Below, piece by piece: positions 26,885 through 36,262 of a stretch of 64,000 nt of DNA (the stretch's first letter is position 1; each line of letters opens with the position of its first letter). The notes below the pieces were generated by a model. That model saw nothing but the letters and a program-made list of their open reading frames with translations, did not search any database and was not told the origin of the DNA. The translations under genes and the position numbers were made by a program. This stretch comes from a candidate division TA06 bacterium (GTDB lineage: Bacteria > Edwardsbacteria > AC1 > EtOH8): assembly GCA_016235665.1 (NCBI GenBank), contig JACRJI010000003.1, forward strand, positions 160,061 through 224,060, read 5' to 3'.

Positions 26885-26891
26885 AGTATAC

Positions 26892-27530
26892 ATGAAAAAA
26901 GCCTTCGTCATATCATTCTTCATCCACCTGGCATTTTTGCTGGGCATCTTCGGCGCTTCCTACATCCTTAAAGCGTCGGCCAAGCCCATCTATCCCCAGA
27001 TCTACCAGGTCAGCCTGGTCTCATTGCCGGCCGCGGTGTCCGAGGGTTCCGAGGAATCAGGAGCCAGGGAAATGGTGGGACCGCAGCTACCGGATGACAA
27101 GGCCATGAAAGAACCTTCGGCCAAAAAGGAAAAGCCCAAGGCTGACAAGAAAGCCAAAGACACCACAAAGGCCAAAGCAGCATCCCCAAAATCCAATACC
27201 ACCGGGCTGGCCAAGGGCATGAAGATACTGTCCTCAGAGGGTGGCGTACCGTCAGACAACTATTACTTGGCGCTGATCCTGTCCAAGATCAGCCAGAACT
27301 GGAACAACCCCTACCAGGGAAAAAGGGAAACGGTACGGGCCCAGGTCTATTTTAGGATAGACAAGAACGGGAAACTGCAGGAGGTGAAGATCGAGAACTC
27401 CTCCGGGGACGCCATCTTCGACCAGTCGGCTCTGCGGGCGGTGTACGAGGCCAAAGTGTTTCCGCCGCTACCCGAGGAGATGAAACTGGCCACCTTGGGG
27501 GTGCATTTTGAGTTTGAGTACGTGAAGTGA
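26892..27530 (+). CDS. tolA: TolA-like protein (N-terminal TM anchor, Lys/Ala-rich linker, TonB_C-like C-terminal domain)
   Basis: MKKAFVISFFIHLAFLLGIFG anchor, a KEKPKADKKAKDTTKAKAA linker, a C-terminal domain, and its position between tolR and tolB. Confidence 0.6.
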   Translation: MKKAFVISFFIHLAFLLGIFGASYILKASAKPIYPQIYQVSLVSLPAAVSEGSEESGAREMVGPQLPDDKAMKEPSAKKEKPKADKKAKDTTKAKAASPKSNTTGLAKGMKILSSEGGVPSDNYYLALILSKISQNWNNPYQGKRETVRAQVYFRIDKNGKLQEVKIENSSGDAIFDQSALRAVYEAKVFPPLPEEMKLATLGVHFEFEYVK

Positions 27531-27570
27531 CCGCCCGCGAAACACGCGAAAGAAGAGACACCATTTATAT

Positions 27571-28863
27571 ATGAAAACGAAAATTCTTCTCCTTTTCCTG
27601 ACACCATTGATAATCTGCCAGAGTGCATTTGGCCAGGCCGACGTCTATCTGAAACTTTCCACCTCGGAGCGGCGGCAGCTGGAGTTGGGCATCGCGCCTT
27701 TGCAGACCCTGGATACCAAAGCTTCTCCCGATGCCGCGTTTAACGCCCAGAAGATGCTGGACATCATCGGCGACGACCTGGCCTTTTCCCTGTACTTCAA
27801 GATGGTCTACCCGCCGTCATTGCTGGAAGGCTACGGGCTGAAGAAGGGCCAGCTGGACATCGGGGCCTGGCAGATGCTGGGGGCCAGGCAGGTGCTGATC
27901 CCGGAGCTGAAACAGGAGAAGAAGAAGGTCATTCTTAAACTCTCGGTCTTCGACCTTGGCATCCAGCGCCAGGTATTCAGCAAGGCCATCGAGCCGGACG
28001 GCTCAAGGGCCACGGCCCACGCCGCCAGCGACCAGATCATCAAGAACCTGAGCGGCGAGAACGGCGTCTCCTCCACCAAGATAGCCTTCAGCCTGAAAAG
28101 CGGAAAGAACAAGGAACTGATGCTGGCCGATTACGACGGCGGCGGGTTCAGGGCCCTCACCAACTTCAACTCCATCAACATCTCACCCGACTGGCAGCCG
28201 GGCGGCGGGGCGCTGGCCTTCGTCTCCTTCTACCGCAACCGTACCGACATTGTTTCCCTGAACCTGGCCAGCGGCAAAACGGCCATCATCTCCCAGACCG
28301 AGGGGCTTAACACCTCTCCGGCCTGGTCCCCGGACGGAAAGTCCCTGGCTCTTACATTGTCCAAGGACGGCAACGCCGAGATCTACCTGCTGTCGCCGGA
28401 AACCAAGGAACTGCGCCGCCTCACCAATACCTGGGCCATAGACTGCTCGCCGGCCTGGTCGCCCAACGGGCGGGAACTGGTCTTCAATTCCGACCGGCCC
28501 GGCTCGCCCCAACTTTATATCATGGACACGGAAGGGGCTAACATCCGGCGGCTGACCTACCAGGGCGGCTACAACACCTCTCCCAGCTGGTCTCCCCGGG
28601 GCGACAAGATCGCTTTCGTCTCCCGGATCGACGGGAAATTCCAGGTCTGCACCATAGACATCACCGGGGACAACTTCGCCCAGCTGACCTACGAGGGCGA
28701 CAACGAGGACCCCAGCTGGTCGCCGGACGGCCTGCACCTGTGCTTCTCCTCCAGCCGCACCGGCAGTCACCAGGTCTGGCGGATGCACTGGGACGGCAGC
28801 GCCCAGCAGGCCATCACCAACAACGGCGGCTCGTACATGCCTGCCTGGGGCCCGGCCCAGTAA
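27571..28863 (+). CDS. tolB: Tol-Pal system beta-propeller protein TolB
   Basis: Signal peptide, an N-terminal TolB domain, and repeated ...SP.WSPDG... propeller blades. Confidence 0.88.
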   Translation: MKTKILLLFLTPLIICQSAFGQADVYLKLSTSERRQLELGIAPLQTLDTKASPDAAFNAQKMLDIIGDDLAFSLYFKMVYPPSLLEGYGLKKGQLDIGAWQMLGARQVLIPELKQEKKKVILKLSVFDLGIQRQVFSKAIEPDGSRATAHAASDQIIKNLSGENGVSSTKIAFSLKSGKNKELMLADYDGGGFRALTNFNSINISPDWQPGGGALAFVSFYRNRTDIVSLNLASGKTAIISQTEGLNTSPAWSPDGKSLALTLSKDGNAEIYLLSPETKELRRLTNTWAIDCSPAWSPNGRELVFNSDRPGSPQLYIMDTEGANIRRLTYQGGYNTSPSWSPRGDKIAFVSRIDGKFQVCTIDITGDNFAQLTYEGDNEDPSWSPDGLHLCFSSSRTGSHQVWRMHWDGSAQQAITNNGGSYMPAWGPAQ

Positions 28864-28961
28864 GGCGTTTCCGGTTGAATAAATAAGTGATTTAGTATAT
28901 AATCAAGGCTGACCTTTTTTGGGCACCAATAATCAGTTCAAAATTAAATCTGAGGAAATCA

Positions 28962-29468
28962 ATGAACAAATATTTTACCGTAATTGCGATGTGCCTGATC
29001 CTGGCGCTTGGTTTTGGCTGTACCAAAAAGCAGACCGTGAAACAGGAAGAACCCATCAAACAACCGGAGGTGGCTATTCAAACACCGCCTGTGGCCACCC
29101 CGCCGGCCGAGGCCCAGCCGGTGGTTCCTAAGATAGAATTCAAGACGATATTCTTCGCCTTTGATTCCTATTCCCTGAACGAAGAGGGCAAGGCTTTGCT
29201 TAACCAGGCCGGCGGCCTGCTGCGCAGTTATCCCGATGTCGCCCTGCGGCTGGAAGGCCACTGCGACGAGCGGGGCACGGCCGAATATAACCTGGCCCTG
29301 GGCGAAAAGCGGGCCAACGCCGTCCGGGAGTACCTGGAGAACCTGGGCGTCAGCCGCTCCCGGCTGTCCACCGTCAGCTTCGGCAAGGAAAAACCCGCCG
29401 TAGCAGGCAACGATGAAGCCAGCTGGGCCAAGAACCGCAGGGTGGAGATCGTTCCGGCAGCCAAATAG
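28962..29468 (+). CDS. pal: peptidoglycan-associated lipoprotein Pal
   Basis: Lipobox LGFGC and the OmpA_C domain (FAFDSYSL...LEGHCDERGTAEYNLALGEKRA...NRRVEIV). Confidence 0.88.
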   Translation: MNKYFTVIAMCLILALGFGCTKKQTVKQEEPIKQPEVAIQTPPVATPPAEAQPVVPKIEFKTIFFAFDSYSLNEEGKALLNQAGGLLRSYPDVALRLEGHCDERGTAEYNLALGEKRANAVREYLENLGVSRSRLSTVSFGKEKPAVAGNDEASWAKNRRVEIVPAAK

Positions 29469-29587
29469 TATTTCCCGGGAAGGACAGGATTTACATGATC
29501 GACAGGATCACTTAAAATACCGGGAACCACGAAGGCCAACAAACCTTTGACAATTTTATCTTACAACAATAATTTCAAAAATACATC

Positions 29588-30298
29588 ATGAAAAAAACAT
29601 TGCTCTTGGTCTCACTATCCCTGGCTGTCTTCATGGGCTGCGGGATGAAGAAGGAATACATCCGGGTCACCGATCAGCTGGATTCCATCGAAGTGCGGGA
29701 GAAGAAGATCGACCGCCGGACCGCGGTGATGGACAGCCTGATCCAGGTGCAGATGGGGATGATCTACGAACTGCGGGCCGAGCTTAAAAGCCTTTCCTCC
29801 ACCGCCGGGGAGAAGTGGAGCATAGCCGAGCAGCAGCAGGAGGACAACAAGTACCGCCCCCTGCCCATCGGCCCCAGTCAGCCGGACCCCAAGGGGCCGG
29901 CCCCGGAGCCGAAAGCTGAAGTTCCCGCCGAGACCAACCCCAAGAAACTTTACGATGCTTCGTATCTGGACATCACCAAGGGCAACTACGACCTGGCTTT
30001 GGCCGGGTTCAACGAGTTCATCAAGCGGTTCCCCAAGCACGACCTGGCCGACAACGCCCAGTACTGGATCGGCGAAGGGTATTACGCCCAGAAGAAGTAT
30101 GAGCCGGCTTTGACCGAGTTCGAAAAAGTGGTGGGAAACTATCCGGGCAAGGACAAGGAACCGGCCGCGCTTTACAAGATGGGCCTGTGCCTCCAGGAGA
30201 TGGGCGACAAGGCCAAGGCCCGGCAATACTGGCAGCTGCTGGTTAAAAAATACCCCAAAAGCCCCGAAGCCGCCCTGGCCAAGGACAAGCTGAAATAA
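29588..30298 (+). CDS. ybgF: Tol-Pal system protein YbgF/CpoB (coiled coil + TPR)
   Basis: N-terminal coiled coil, C-terminal TPR block (YWIGEGYYAQKKYEPALTEF...), and its position after pal. Confidence 0.75.
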   Translation: MKKTLLLVSLSLAVFMGCGMKKEYIRVTDQLDSIEVREKKIDRRTAVMDSLIQVQMGMIYELRAELKSLSSTAGEKWSIAEQQQEDNKYRPLPIGPSQPDPKGPAPEPKAEVPAETNPKKLYDASYLDITKGNYDLALAGFNEFIKRFPKHDLADNAQYWIGEGYYAQKKYEPALTEFEKVVGNYPGKDKEPAALYKMGLCLQEMGDKAKARQYWQLLVKKYPKSPEAALAKDKLK

Positions 30299-30329
30299 AG
30301 GTTCTCCCGGGAAATGTAGAAATCAATGA

Positions 30330-30364
30330 AAAAGGCCCTTCCCTTTGGGAAGAGGCCTTTTTGC
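30330..30364. terminator. rho-independent terminator of the tol-pal operon
   Basis: aaaaaggcccttccc-ttt-gggaagaggccttttt. Confidence 0.65.
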
Positions 30365-30457
30365 ATCATTTTTTTGTTGACTTTGAAATATGGCGGGGTT
30401 AAACTTATAAGTTATGGTAAAACGGTTCAACAAACCGTTTTAAGTTCTATAAGCTGT

Positions 30458-30518
30458 AAACTCAACCCCTATATCCCCTTCTCTTTTAAAGAGAAGGGGA
30501 CGGGGGATGAGTTCAAAC
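30458..30518 (+). repeat. palindromic intergenic repeat element, family 2, copy F (extended imperfect palindrome)
   Basis: aaactcaacccc ... ccccttctctt-ttaa-agagaagggg-acgggggatgagttcaaac. Confidence 0.65.
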
Positions 30519-30577
30519 AGGTACCTGAATTACTAAATTTAAAATAAATCTTTAACCATCATATAGCAAGGAGCAAT

Positions 30578-31924
30578 ATGCCGGTCAATCCAAAAATATT
30601 CAAGGCCTACGACATCCGCGGGGTCTATCCCAATGAGCTGGACGAGGCCCAGGCCAAGGAGATCGGGCGGGCTTTGGTGGACCACCTGAACTGCAAGACC
30701 GTGGCCGTGGGCCGGGACATGCGGACCTCGTCCCAGCCGCTGTTCACCGCCCTGGCTGAGGGCATCACCATGCAAGGGGCTCAGGTGATAGACGTGGGGC
30801 TGGTCTCCACCGACGGCCTGTATTTTGCGGTGGGCAAGTTCGGCTTTGATGCCGGGGTGATGATCACCGCCAGCCACAATCCGGCCCAGTACAACGGCCT
30901 GAAGATCTGCCAGGCCAACGCCATCCCGCTTTCCGGGGACGAGGGCCTGAACCAGATGCGGGACCTGATAAACCAGGGCAAGCTGAAAACGGGGGCCTCC
31001 AAGGGAACGATAATATCCCGGGACATAGACCTGGATTACATCAGCCACTGTCTGTCGTTTGTGGACCACAAGAAGATCTGGGGATACAAGATAGCGGTGG
31101 ACGCCGGCAACGGCATGGCCGGGCGCACCATCCCGCCCATTTTCCGCCAGCTGCCGGGCACCCTGGTGCCGATGTTCTTTGACCTGGACGGGACCTTCCC
31201 CAACCACCCGGCCAGTCCCATAGAGCCGGAGAACATCGCGGCCCTGCAGGAGACGGTGGTCAAGGAACACTGCGACTTTGGGGCGGCTTTTGACGGCGAC
31301 GCCGACCGGATGTTCTTAGTGGACGAGAAGGGCCGGGGCCTGGCCGGCTCGGACGTGGCGGCCCTGGTTTCCAAAATGCTGTTGAAGAAGAACCCCGGCT
31401 CGGCCATATTGTACAACGCCATCTGTTCCCGCTGCGTCAAGGAGACTGTGGAGAAATACGGGGGCAAGGCCGTGCGCAGCAAGGTGGGCCACGCCCTGAT
31501 CAAGCCGCTGATGCGGGAACACAACGCCATTTTCGGCGGCGAGCACTCCGGGCATTTCTACTTTAGGGACAACTGGTTCGCCGATTCCGGGCTGATAGCC
31601 TTCCTGGTCTGCTGGCAGTTGATCTCCGAGGAGAACAAGCCGCTGTCCCAGCTGGTGGACGAGATAGACCGCTATGTGCGCATTCCCGAGACCAACACCA
31701 CCGTGCAGGACATCCCGGGGAAACTGGCCGAGCTGGAGAAGATCTATTCCGCCAAAGGCGCCCAGCTGGACCATTTGGACGGTTTGACCATTTCCTATCC
31801 CGACTGGTGGGCCAACATCCGGCCCTCCAACACCGAGCCTCTGCTGAGGCTGAACGTGGAGGCGGAGTCGCAGTCACTTTTAGATCAAAAGTCAGAAGAA
31901 TTGTTGAAAACAATAAGATCTTAA
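30578..31924 (+). CDS. phosphomannomutase/phosphoglucomutase (alpha-D-phosphohexomutase)
   Basis: Active-site loop TASHNP, the metal-binding DGDADR motif, and a sugar-binding GEHSGH-like block. Confidence 0.88.
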   Translation: MPVNPKIFKAYDIRGVYPNELDEAQAKEIGRALVDHLNCKTVAVGRDMRTSSQPLFTALAEGITMQGAQVIDVGLVSTDGLYFAVGKFGFDAGVMITASHNPAQYNGLKICQANAIPLSGDEGLNQMRDLINQGKLKTGASKGTIISRDIDLDYISHCLSFVDHKKIWGYKIAVDAGNGMAGRTIPPIFRQLPGTLVPMFFDLDGTFPNHPASPIEPENIAALQETVVKEHCDFGAAFDGDADRMFLVDEKGRGLAGSDVAALVSKMLLKKNPGSAILYNAICSRCVKETVEKYGGKAVRSKVGHALIKPLMREHNAIFGGEHSGHFYFRDNWFADSGLIAFLVCWQLISEENKPLSQLVDEIDRYVRIPETNTTVQDIPGKLAELEKIYSAKGAQLDHLDGLTISYPDWWANIRPSNTEPLLRLNVEAESQSLLDQKSEELLKTIRS

Positions 31925-31931
31925 AACACAT

Positions 31932-33602
31932 TTGTTGCAATTTGATTATCAAAAAATATTTCTAAAAAGCTTCCGGCCCTATCTATGGATCATGGGCCTG
32001 GGGTTCCTCCTCTATTTCCGGGCCTTGGGCCTGGGCTATGTTTCCCTGGACGACGAACATCTGATCGTCCAAAACTACCCTCACATCTCAAATCATGCCA
32101 ACCTGCCCCAGGCCTTTCTCAAAGACGTCTACTGGCGCAACCCCGGAACCTACTACCGTCCGCTGTTGAACGTATCGCTGATGCTGGACGCCGCCTGGGG
32201 CGGCACGAAGCCCTTTGCCTATCACTTTACCAACATCCTGCTGCACCTGGCTTGCGGCCTGCTTATATTTGCTTTTTTCCAGAAGCTTGGGTTTGGCCGG
32301 TTGCGGTCTTTCGCCGACTCGTTGTTCTACATAGCCCACCCGGCGCTGGTCCAGGCTGCGGCCTGGATCCCCGGACGCAACGATACCCTGCTGACCCTGA
32401 TGATCCTGGCCGGGTTCATATTTCTGATCCGCTATCTTGAGAAACACAAGGTCTACGATCTTTTTGGACACTTTATTTTCTTCGGGCTGGCCTGCCTGAC
32501 CAAGGAAGCAGCCGTGGTCTTTCCGGTCATGGGGCTCGTTTTTATCTGGGCCGGTTTCAAAGAAAATCTGTCTTTAAAAAAACTGACCCCATTGATCACT
32601 GGTTGGGTCATCATACTGGCCGGTTGGTACGGGATGCGGTGGCTGGCTATCTCTCCGGCGGTCAACGCCCACGAAAGACAGTTCGCCAACTTTAAGGAAA
32701 TTCTGATAGGTTTGGTCTCCTACACCGGCAAAGTCTTTTTCCCCTTCAATCTATCAGTCCTGCCGCTGGCCGGGGACGTCAAGATATTCTGGGGTCTGAT
32801 GGCAATAGCGCTGATGCTTGCCTTGGCGCTGGTCAAAGGGATCCACAATCGTAAAATGTTCTTCTTTGGGTTAGGCTGGTACCTGCTGTTCCTGCTGCCC
32901 ACCTTCGTCAAACTGGCCGGGCAGATCAACTACCTGGAACACAGGCTCTACCTGCCGCTGACCGGCGTGGTGGTAATGCTGCTGGAAACGAACCTCGTCC
33001 GAAAAATCACCCTGAAACCAGCGCTGATGGCCGGATTGCCCGTCCTTATTGTCTTCGGGGTGCTTGCGACAAGGCACATTGCCGACTTTAAAAGTGACCA
33101 GACATTCTGGGGCAACGCCGCCCGAACCTCGCCCAACTCAGGCCTGGCCCACCAAATGCTGGGAAGGGCATGGGTAAGGGCACAGCAGCCGGCTTTGGCC
33201 GAGTGGGAATTCCTGCGGGCCGCGCAACTGGATCCCAAAGGGCCGTCGATACCCAACGACCTGGCCCTGCTGTACCTGGATTATGGCAGATTTCAAAAGG
33301 CGGGGGAGCAATTCCAGAAAGTGCTGCAGCTTGACCCTAACTACGCCAATGTCCGCAACAACCTGGCGCTGGTATATTTCAACCTGGGGATGCTGGATTC
33401 TTCGCGACATCAGCTTCAGGAGGCCATCAGGCTTGATCCTTCGGCCCCCCAGCCGTACGACAATCTGGGCGTGCTTTTAATGCAGGCAGGCAAACTGGAT
33501 TCTGCCGAATATCATTTGAAGAAAGCACTTTCCCTGAACCCCGCTGACTCGGCGGCCCGACAGCATTTTTCCCAACTCCAACAATTAAAAGGAAGCAGAT
33601 AA
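31932..33602 (+). CDS. polytopic membrane protein with first-loop DD/DE motif (GT-C-fold, PMT/TMTC-like) and C-terminal TPR repeats, paralog 1
   Basis: An SLDDEHL loop after TM1, the YYRPL motif, ~11 TM helices, then 5-6 TPR units. TTG start. Confidence 0.5.
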   Translation: MLQFDYQKIFLKSFRPYLWIMGLGFLLYFRALGLGYVSLDDEHLIVQNYPHISNHANLPQAFLKDVYWRNPGTYYRPLLNVSLMLDAAWGGTKPFAYHFTNILLHLACGLLIFAFFQKLGFGRLRSFADSLFYIAHPALVQAAAWIPGRNDTLLTLMILAGFIFLIRYLEKHKVYDLFGHFIFFGLACLTKEAAVVFPVMGLVFIWAGFKENLSLKKLTPLITGWVIILAGWYGMRWLAISPAVNAHERQFANFKEILIGLVSYTGKVFFPFNLSVLPLAGDVKIFWGLMAIALMLALALVKGIHNRKMFFFGLGWYLLFLLPTFVKLAGQINYLEHRLYLPLTGVVVMLLETNLVRKITLKPALMAGLPVLIVFGVLATRHIADFKSDQTFWGNAARTSPNSGLAHQMLGRAWVRAQQPALAEWEFLRAAQLDPKGPSIPNDLALLYLDYGRFQKAGEQFQKVLQLDPNYANVRNNLALVYFNLGMLDSSRHQLQEAIRLDPSAPQPYDNLGVLLMQAGKLDSAEYHLKKALSLNPADSAARQHFSQLQQLKGSR

Positions 33603-33603
33603 C

Positions 33604-35394
33604 ATGTCCGGTAAGAATGCGGCAGCGGCCGGAAATATTTTTCGCTCTATGACAGCTTCCTGGCGGCCGTATGTCCTGTTGGCTCTGGTGGTAGCGGGTC
33701 TTTATGCCCAGACCCTGCGCTTTGATTTTTCCGGCCACGACGACTACCAGCTCATCAAGGAAAAGGCCGGGATGCTTACCAACCTGGCCAATGTCCTGAA
33801 AGCCTTTGAAACAGACGTGGTCTGGGGACATCAGGAGATGTATTATCGCCCGGTGCTGACGCTTTCCTTCATGGCCGACGCCATCTGGGGCGGGATGAAA
33901 CCCTTCGCCTTTCATCTGGGCAACCTGCTGCTGCACCTGCTGGCGGTGCTTTTACTGTTCCGGTTCCTGTCGCGGCTGGGAATACCTCCCGGGCGGGGCT
34001 TGGTGGCCTCCCTGTTCTTTGCCGTGCACCCGCTGCTGGCCCAGGGGGTGGGCTGGATCCCCGGCCGGAACGACCCGCTTTTGACAGTATTGGTTTTGGG
34101 TTCGTTCCTGGCTTTCATTGAATACCTCCAAAAAGGAAGTAATTGGGTTTTGGACGCCCATTTAGTGCTCTTCCTCCTGGCACTGCTTAGCAAAGAGACC
34201 GCGGTTTTCCTGCCGGTCATGGCTTTTGTCTATTGGCTGCTTTCAAGGAAGAATGACAAAAATGACGGCGGCGTGAATATCATTTTGCCGATAGCGGGAT
34301 GGATAATGATGGCTGCGGTCTATTATTTATTAAGGATGAACGCAATTAAGCCCGGGGCCGGCGTGGCCGCCGCCAGGGTCAATACCTTATCCCAGAACCT
34401 GACGGGGTTTGTAAGCTATATCGGCAAAGTGTTCTTCCCCTTTAAACTATCCGGGGACCCGATCCCGGCCGATCTGCCGGTAGGCTACGGCTTGTTCTCT
34501 CTGGCCGGGCTGGCCGCCGTATTTATCCTGGGAGGCATCAGGGACCGGAAGCTGTTCTGGTTCGGTCTGTCGTGGTTCATCTTGTTCCTGGTGCCGACCT
34601 TTTTGGGCAACACCTCCTATGCCAATTTTGCCGAGCACCGGATGTACCTTCCCCTGTGCGGTTTTGCAGTGATGCTGCTCCAGTCGGGCCTGAAGCTGTC
34701 AAGCCGCCCGGAGCGAACGGCTGCGGCCGCCGTCGTTACGATCTGGCTGCTGGCTTTTGTCCTGCTGAATGTTCTTCACACAAGAAACTATGCCAATCGG
34801 TTCAGCTACTGGGGCAACACCGTAAAGAATTCCCCCCATTCCTATCATGCCCATAACATGCTGGGCCGGTGCTATGCCCAGGAGGGGTCCTACGCCAGGG
34901 CGGAGGAGGAATTCATCATTTCCTGGAAGATGAATCCGCAGCACACCACAGCCTATAACGATCTGGGGCTGCTGTATCTGGGCCAGGGCCGGGCCGGCGA
35001 GGCCGAGGCGGTCTTCCGGGAACTGCTGGCCAGGGAGCCTTCCAATGCCGGGGCCCGCAATAATCTGGGCCTGCTTTACCTGCAGCAGAACCGGCTGGAC
35101 GAAGCCGAACGGGAGTTTCTGGAGTCGGCAAAATTGAACCCCGGCAAGGCGGAGATTTACGATAACCTGGGGGTGGTCCATTTTAAACGGGGATCGCTTC
35201 CCCAGGCCGAACAATATTTTCTGCAGGCGGCGGCGCTTGATCCCGAAGACATAAAAGTGAACTTTCATCTGGCCTCGCTGTACTACCGGGCCCGGGAATA
35301 TCCAAAAGCCATTGATCATTATGACAAAGCGATAAGTCTGGGGATGACCCCTGATGCCAGGGTGGAGGAGGCTCTGAGGCCCCACCGGCGTTGA
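33604..35394 (+). CDS. GT-C-like membrane protein with C-terminal TPR repeats, paralog 2
   Basis: Same architecture as 31932-33602 (GHDDYQL, YYRPVLTLS, HLLAVLLLF), in tandem with a 1-nt gap. Confidence 0.5.
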   Translation: MSGKNAAAAGNIFRSMTASWRPYVLLALVVAGLYAQTLRFDFSGHDDYQLIKEKAGMLTNLANVLKAFETDVVWGHQEMYYRPVLTLSFMADAIWGGMKPFAFHLGNLLLHLLAVLLLFRFLSRLGIPPGRGLVASLFFAVHPLLAQGVGWIPGRNDPLLTVLVLGSFLAFIEYLQKGSNWVLDAHLVLFLLALLSKETAVFLPVMAFVYWLLSRKNDKNDGGVNIILPIAGWIMMAAVYYLLRMNAIKPGAGVAAARVNTLSQNLTGFVSYIGKVFFPFKLSGDPIPADLPVGYGLFSLAGLAAVFILGGIRDRKLFWFGLSWFILFLVPTFLGNTSYANFAEHRMYLPLCGFAVMLLQSGLKLSSRPERTAAAAVVTIWLLAFVLLNVLHTRNYANRFSYWGNTVKNSPHSYHAHNMLGRCYAQEGSYARAEEEFIISWKMNPQHTTAYNDLGLLYLGQGRAGEAEAVFRELLAREPSNAGARNNLGLLYLQQNRLDEAEREFLESAKLNPGKAEIYDNLGVVHFKRGSLPQAEQYFLQAAALDPEDIKVNFHLASLYYRAREYPKAIDHYDKAISLGMTPDARVEEALRPHRR

Positions 35395-35461
35395 TCCTGT
35401 TCCGGTAATAATTCCGGCTGCCGGGACAAAGAAATCATCATATTGTGAATAATTCGCCATC

Positions 35462-36262
35462 ATGAATTCTGAAATCCTAAAATATCCCCTGGACGCTATA
35501 GATACCCACCTTCACAGCCGGATCTCCTGCGATTCCGAGATGGGCATGCAGGCCGCCTGCCGCCAGGCCCTTAAGCTGGGGCTGAAGGCACTGGTCTTTA
35601 CCGAGCACGCTGACTTTGACCCTTCGGATCAGGGCTGCGGTTTTTATGATGACCGGAAGTACAATGAAGAGCTAACCGAGGCCCGGGTGGCCATGGGCCG
35701 CTCGCTTAAAATCTACAAGGGCATAGAGATCACCTACCAGCCCCGGCGGCGCCAGCAGATCCTGGACTTCATCCACCGGCACCAGTTCGACTTCACCATC
35801 GGTTCGGTGCACATGGTGGGCTCCAAGGATATCTCGAGACCGGAGCTGGCCAAAAAACATTACAGCGCCATCGAGGAGGAACAGGCCTACGGCGAGTATT
35901 TTCAGGAAGTGGAGAAGCTGACAGACAGCCGGCTGTTCGACTGCCTGGGCCACCTGGACCTGTGCAAAAGATACGGGCATCTGCATTACGGTCCGCTGGT
36001 CTACAAAAAGTACGAGAAGAATTATAAGAAAATATTGAAGCATCTGATCCAGGCCGGCATGATGCTGGAGGTCAACACCTCCGGCCTGCGCCAGCAGGTG
36101 AAGGAGACCTTTCCCCCCTACCCGGCGGTGCTGGAATACCTGAAAATGGGGGGCACCAGGCTGACCCTGGGCAGCGACGCCCACCGGGTCCAGGACATAG
36201 GCCATGATTTCGGAACAGTGCTGTACGACATCCCCCAACTCAACCAGATAAAGCGCAAATGA
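35462..36262 (+). CDS. histidinol-phosphatase, PHP family (HisJ/HisK-like)
   Basis: PHP-domain metal ligands DTHLHS ... FTEH ... GSVH ... GSDAH. Confidence 0.72.
   Translation: MNSEILKYPLDAIDTHLHSRISCDSEMGMQAACRQALKLGLKALVFTEHADFDPSDQGCGFYDDRKYNEELTEARVAMGRSLKIYKGIEITYQPRRRQQILDFIHRHQFDFTIGSVHMVGSKDISRPELAKKHYSAIEEEQAYGEYFQEVEKLTDSRLFDCLGHLDLCKRYGHLHYGPLVYKKYEKNYKKILKHLIQAGMMLEVNTSGLRQQVKETFPPYPAVLEYLKMGGTRLTLGSDAHRVQDIGHDFGTVLYDIPQLNQIKRK

Noticed and set aside
30326-30547. 73-aa ORF between ybgF and the phosphomannomutase gene
   Set aside because: It spans a rho-independent terminator and repeat element F, so it is almost certainly non-coding.
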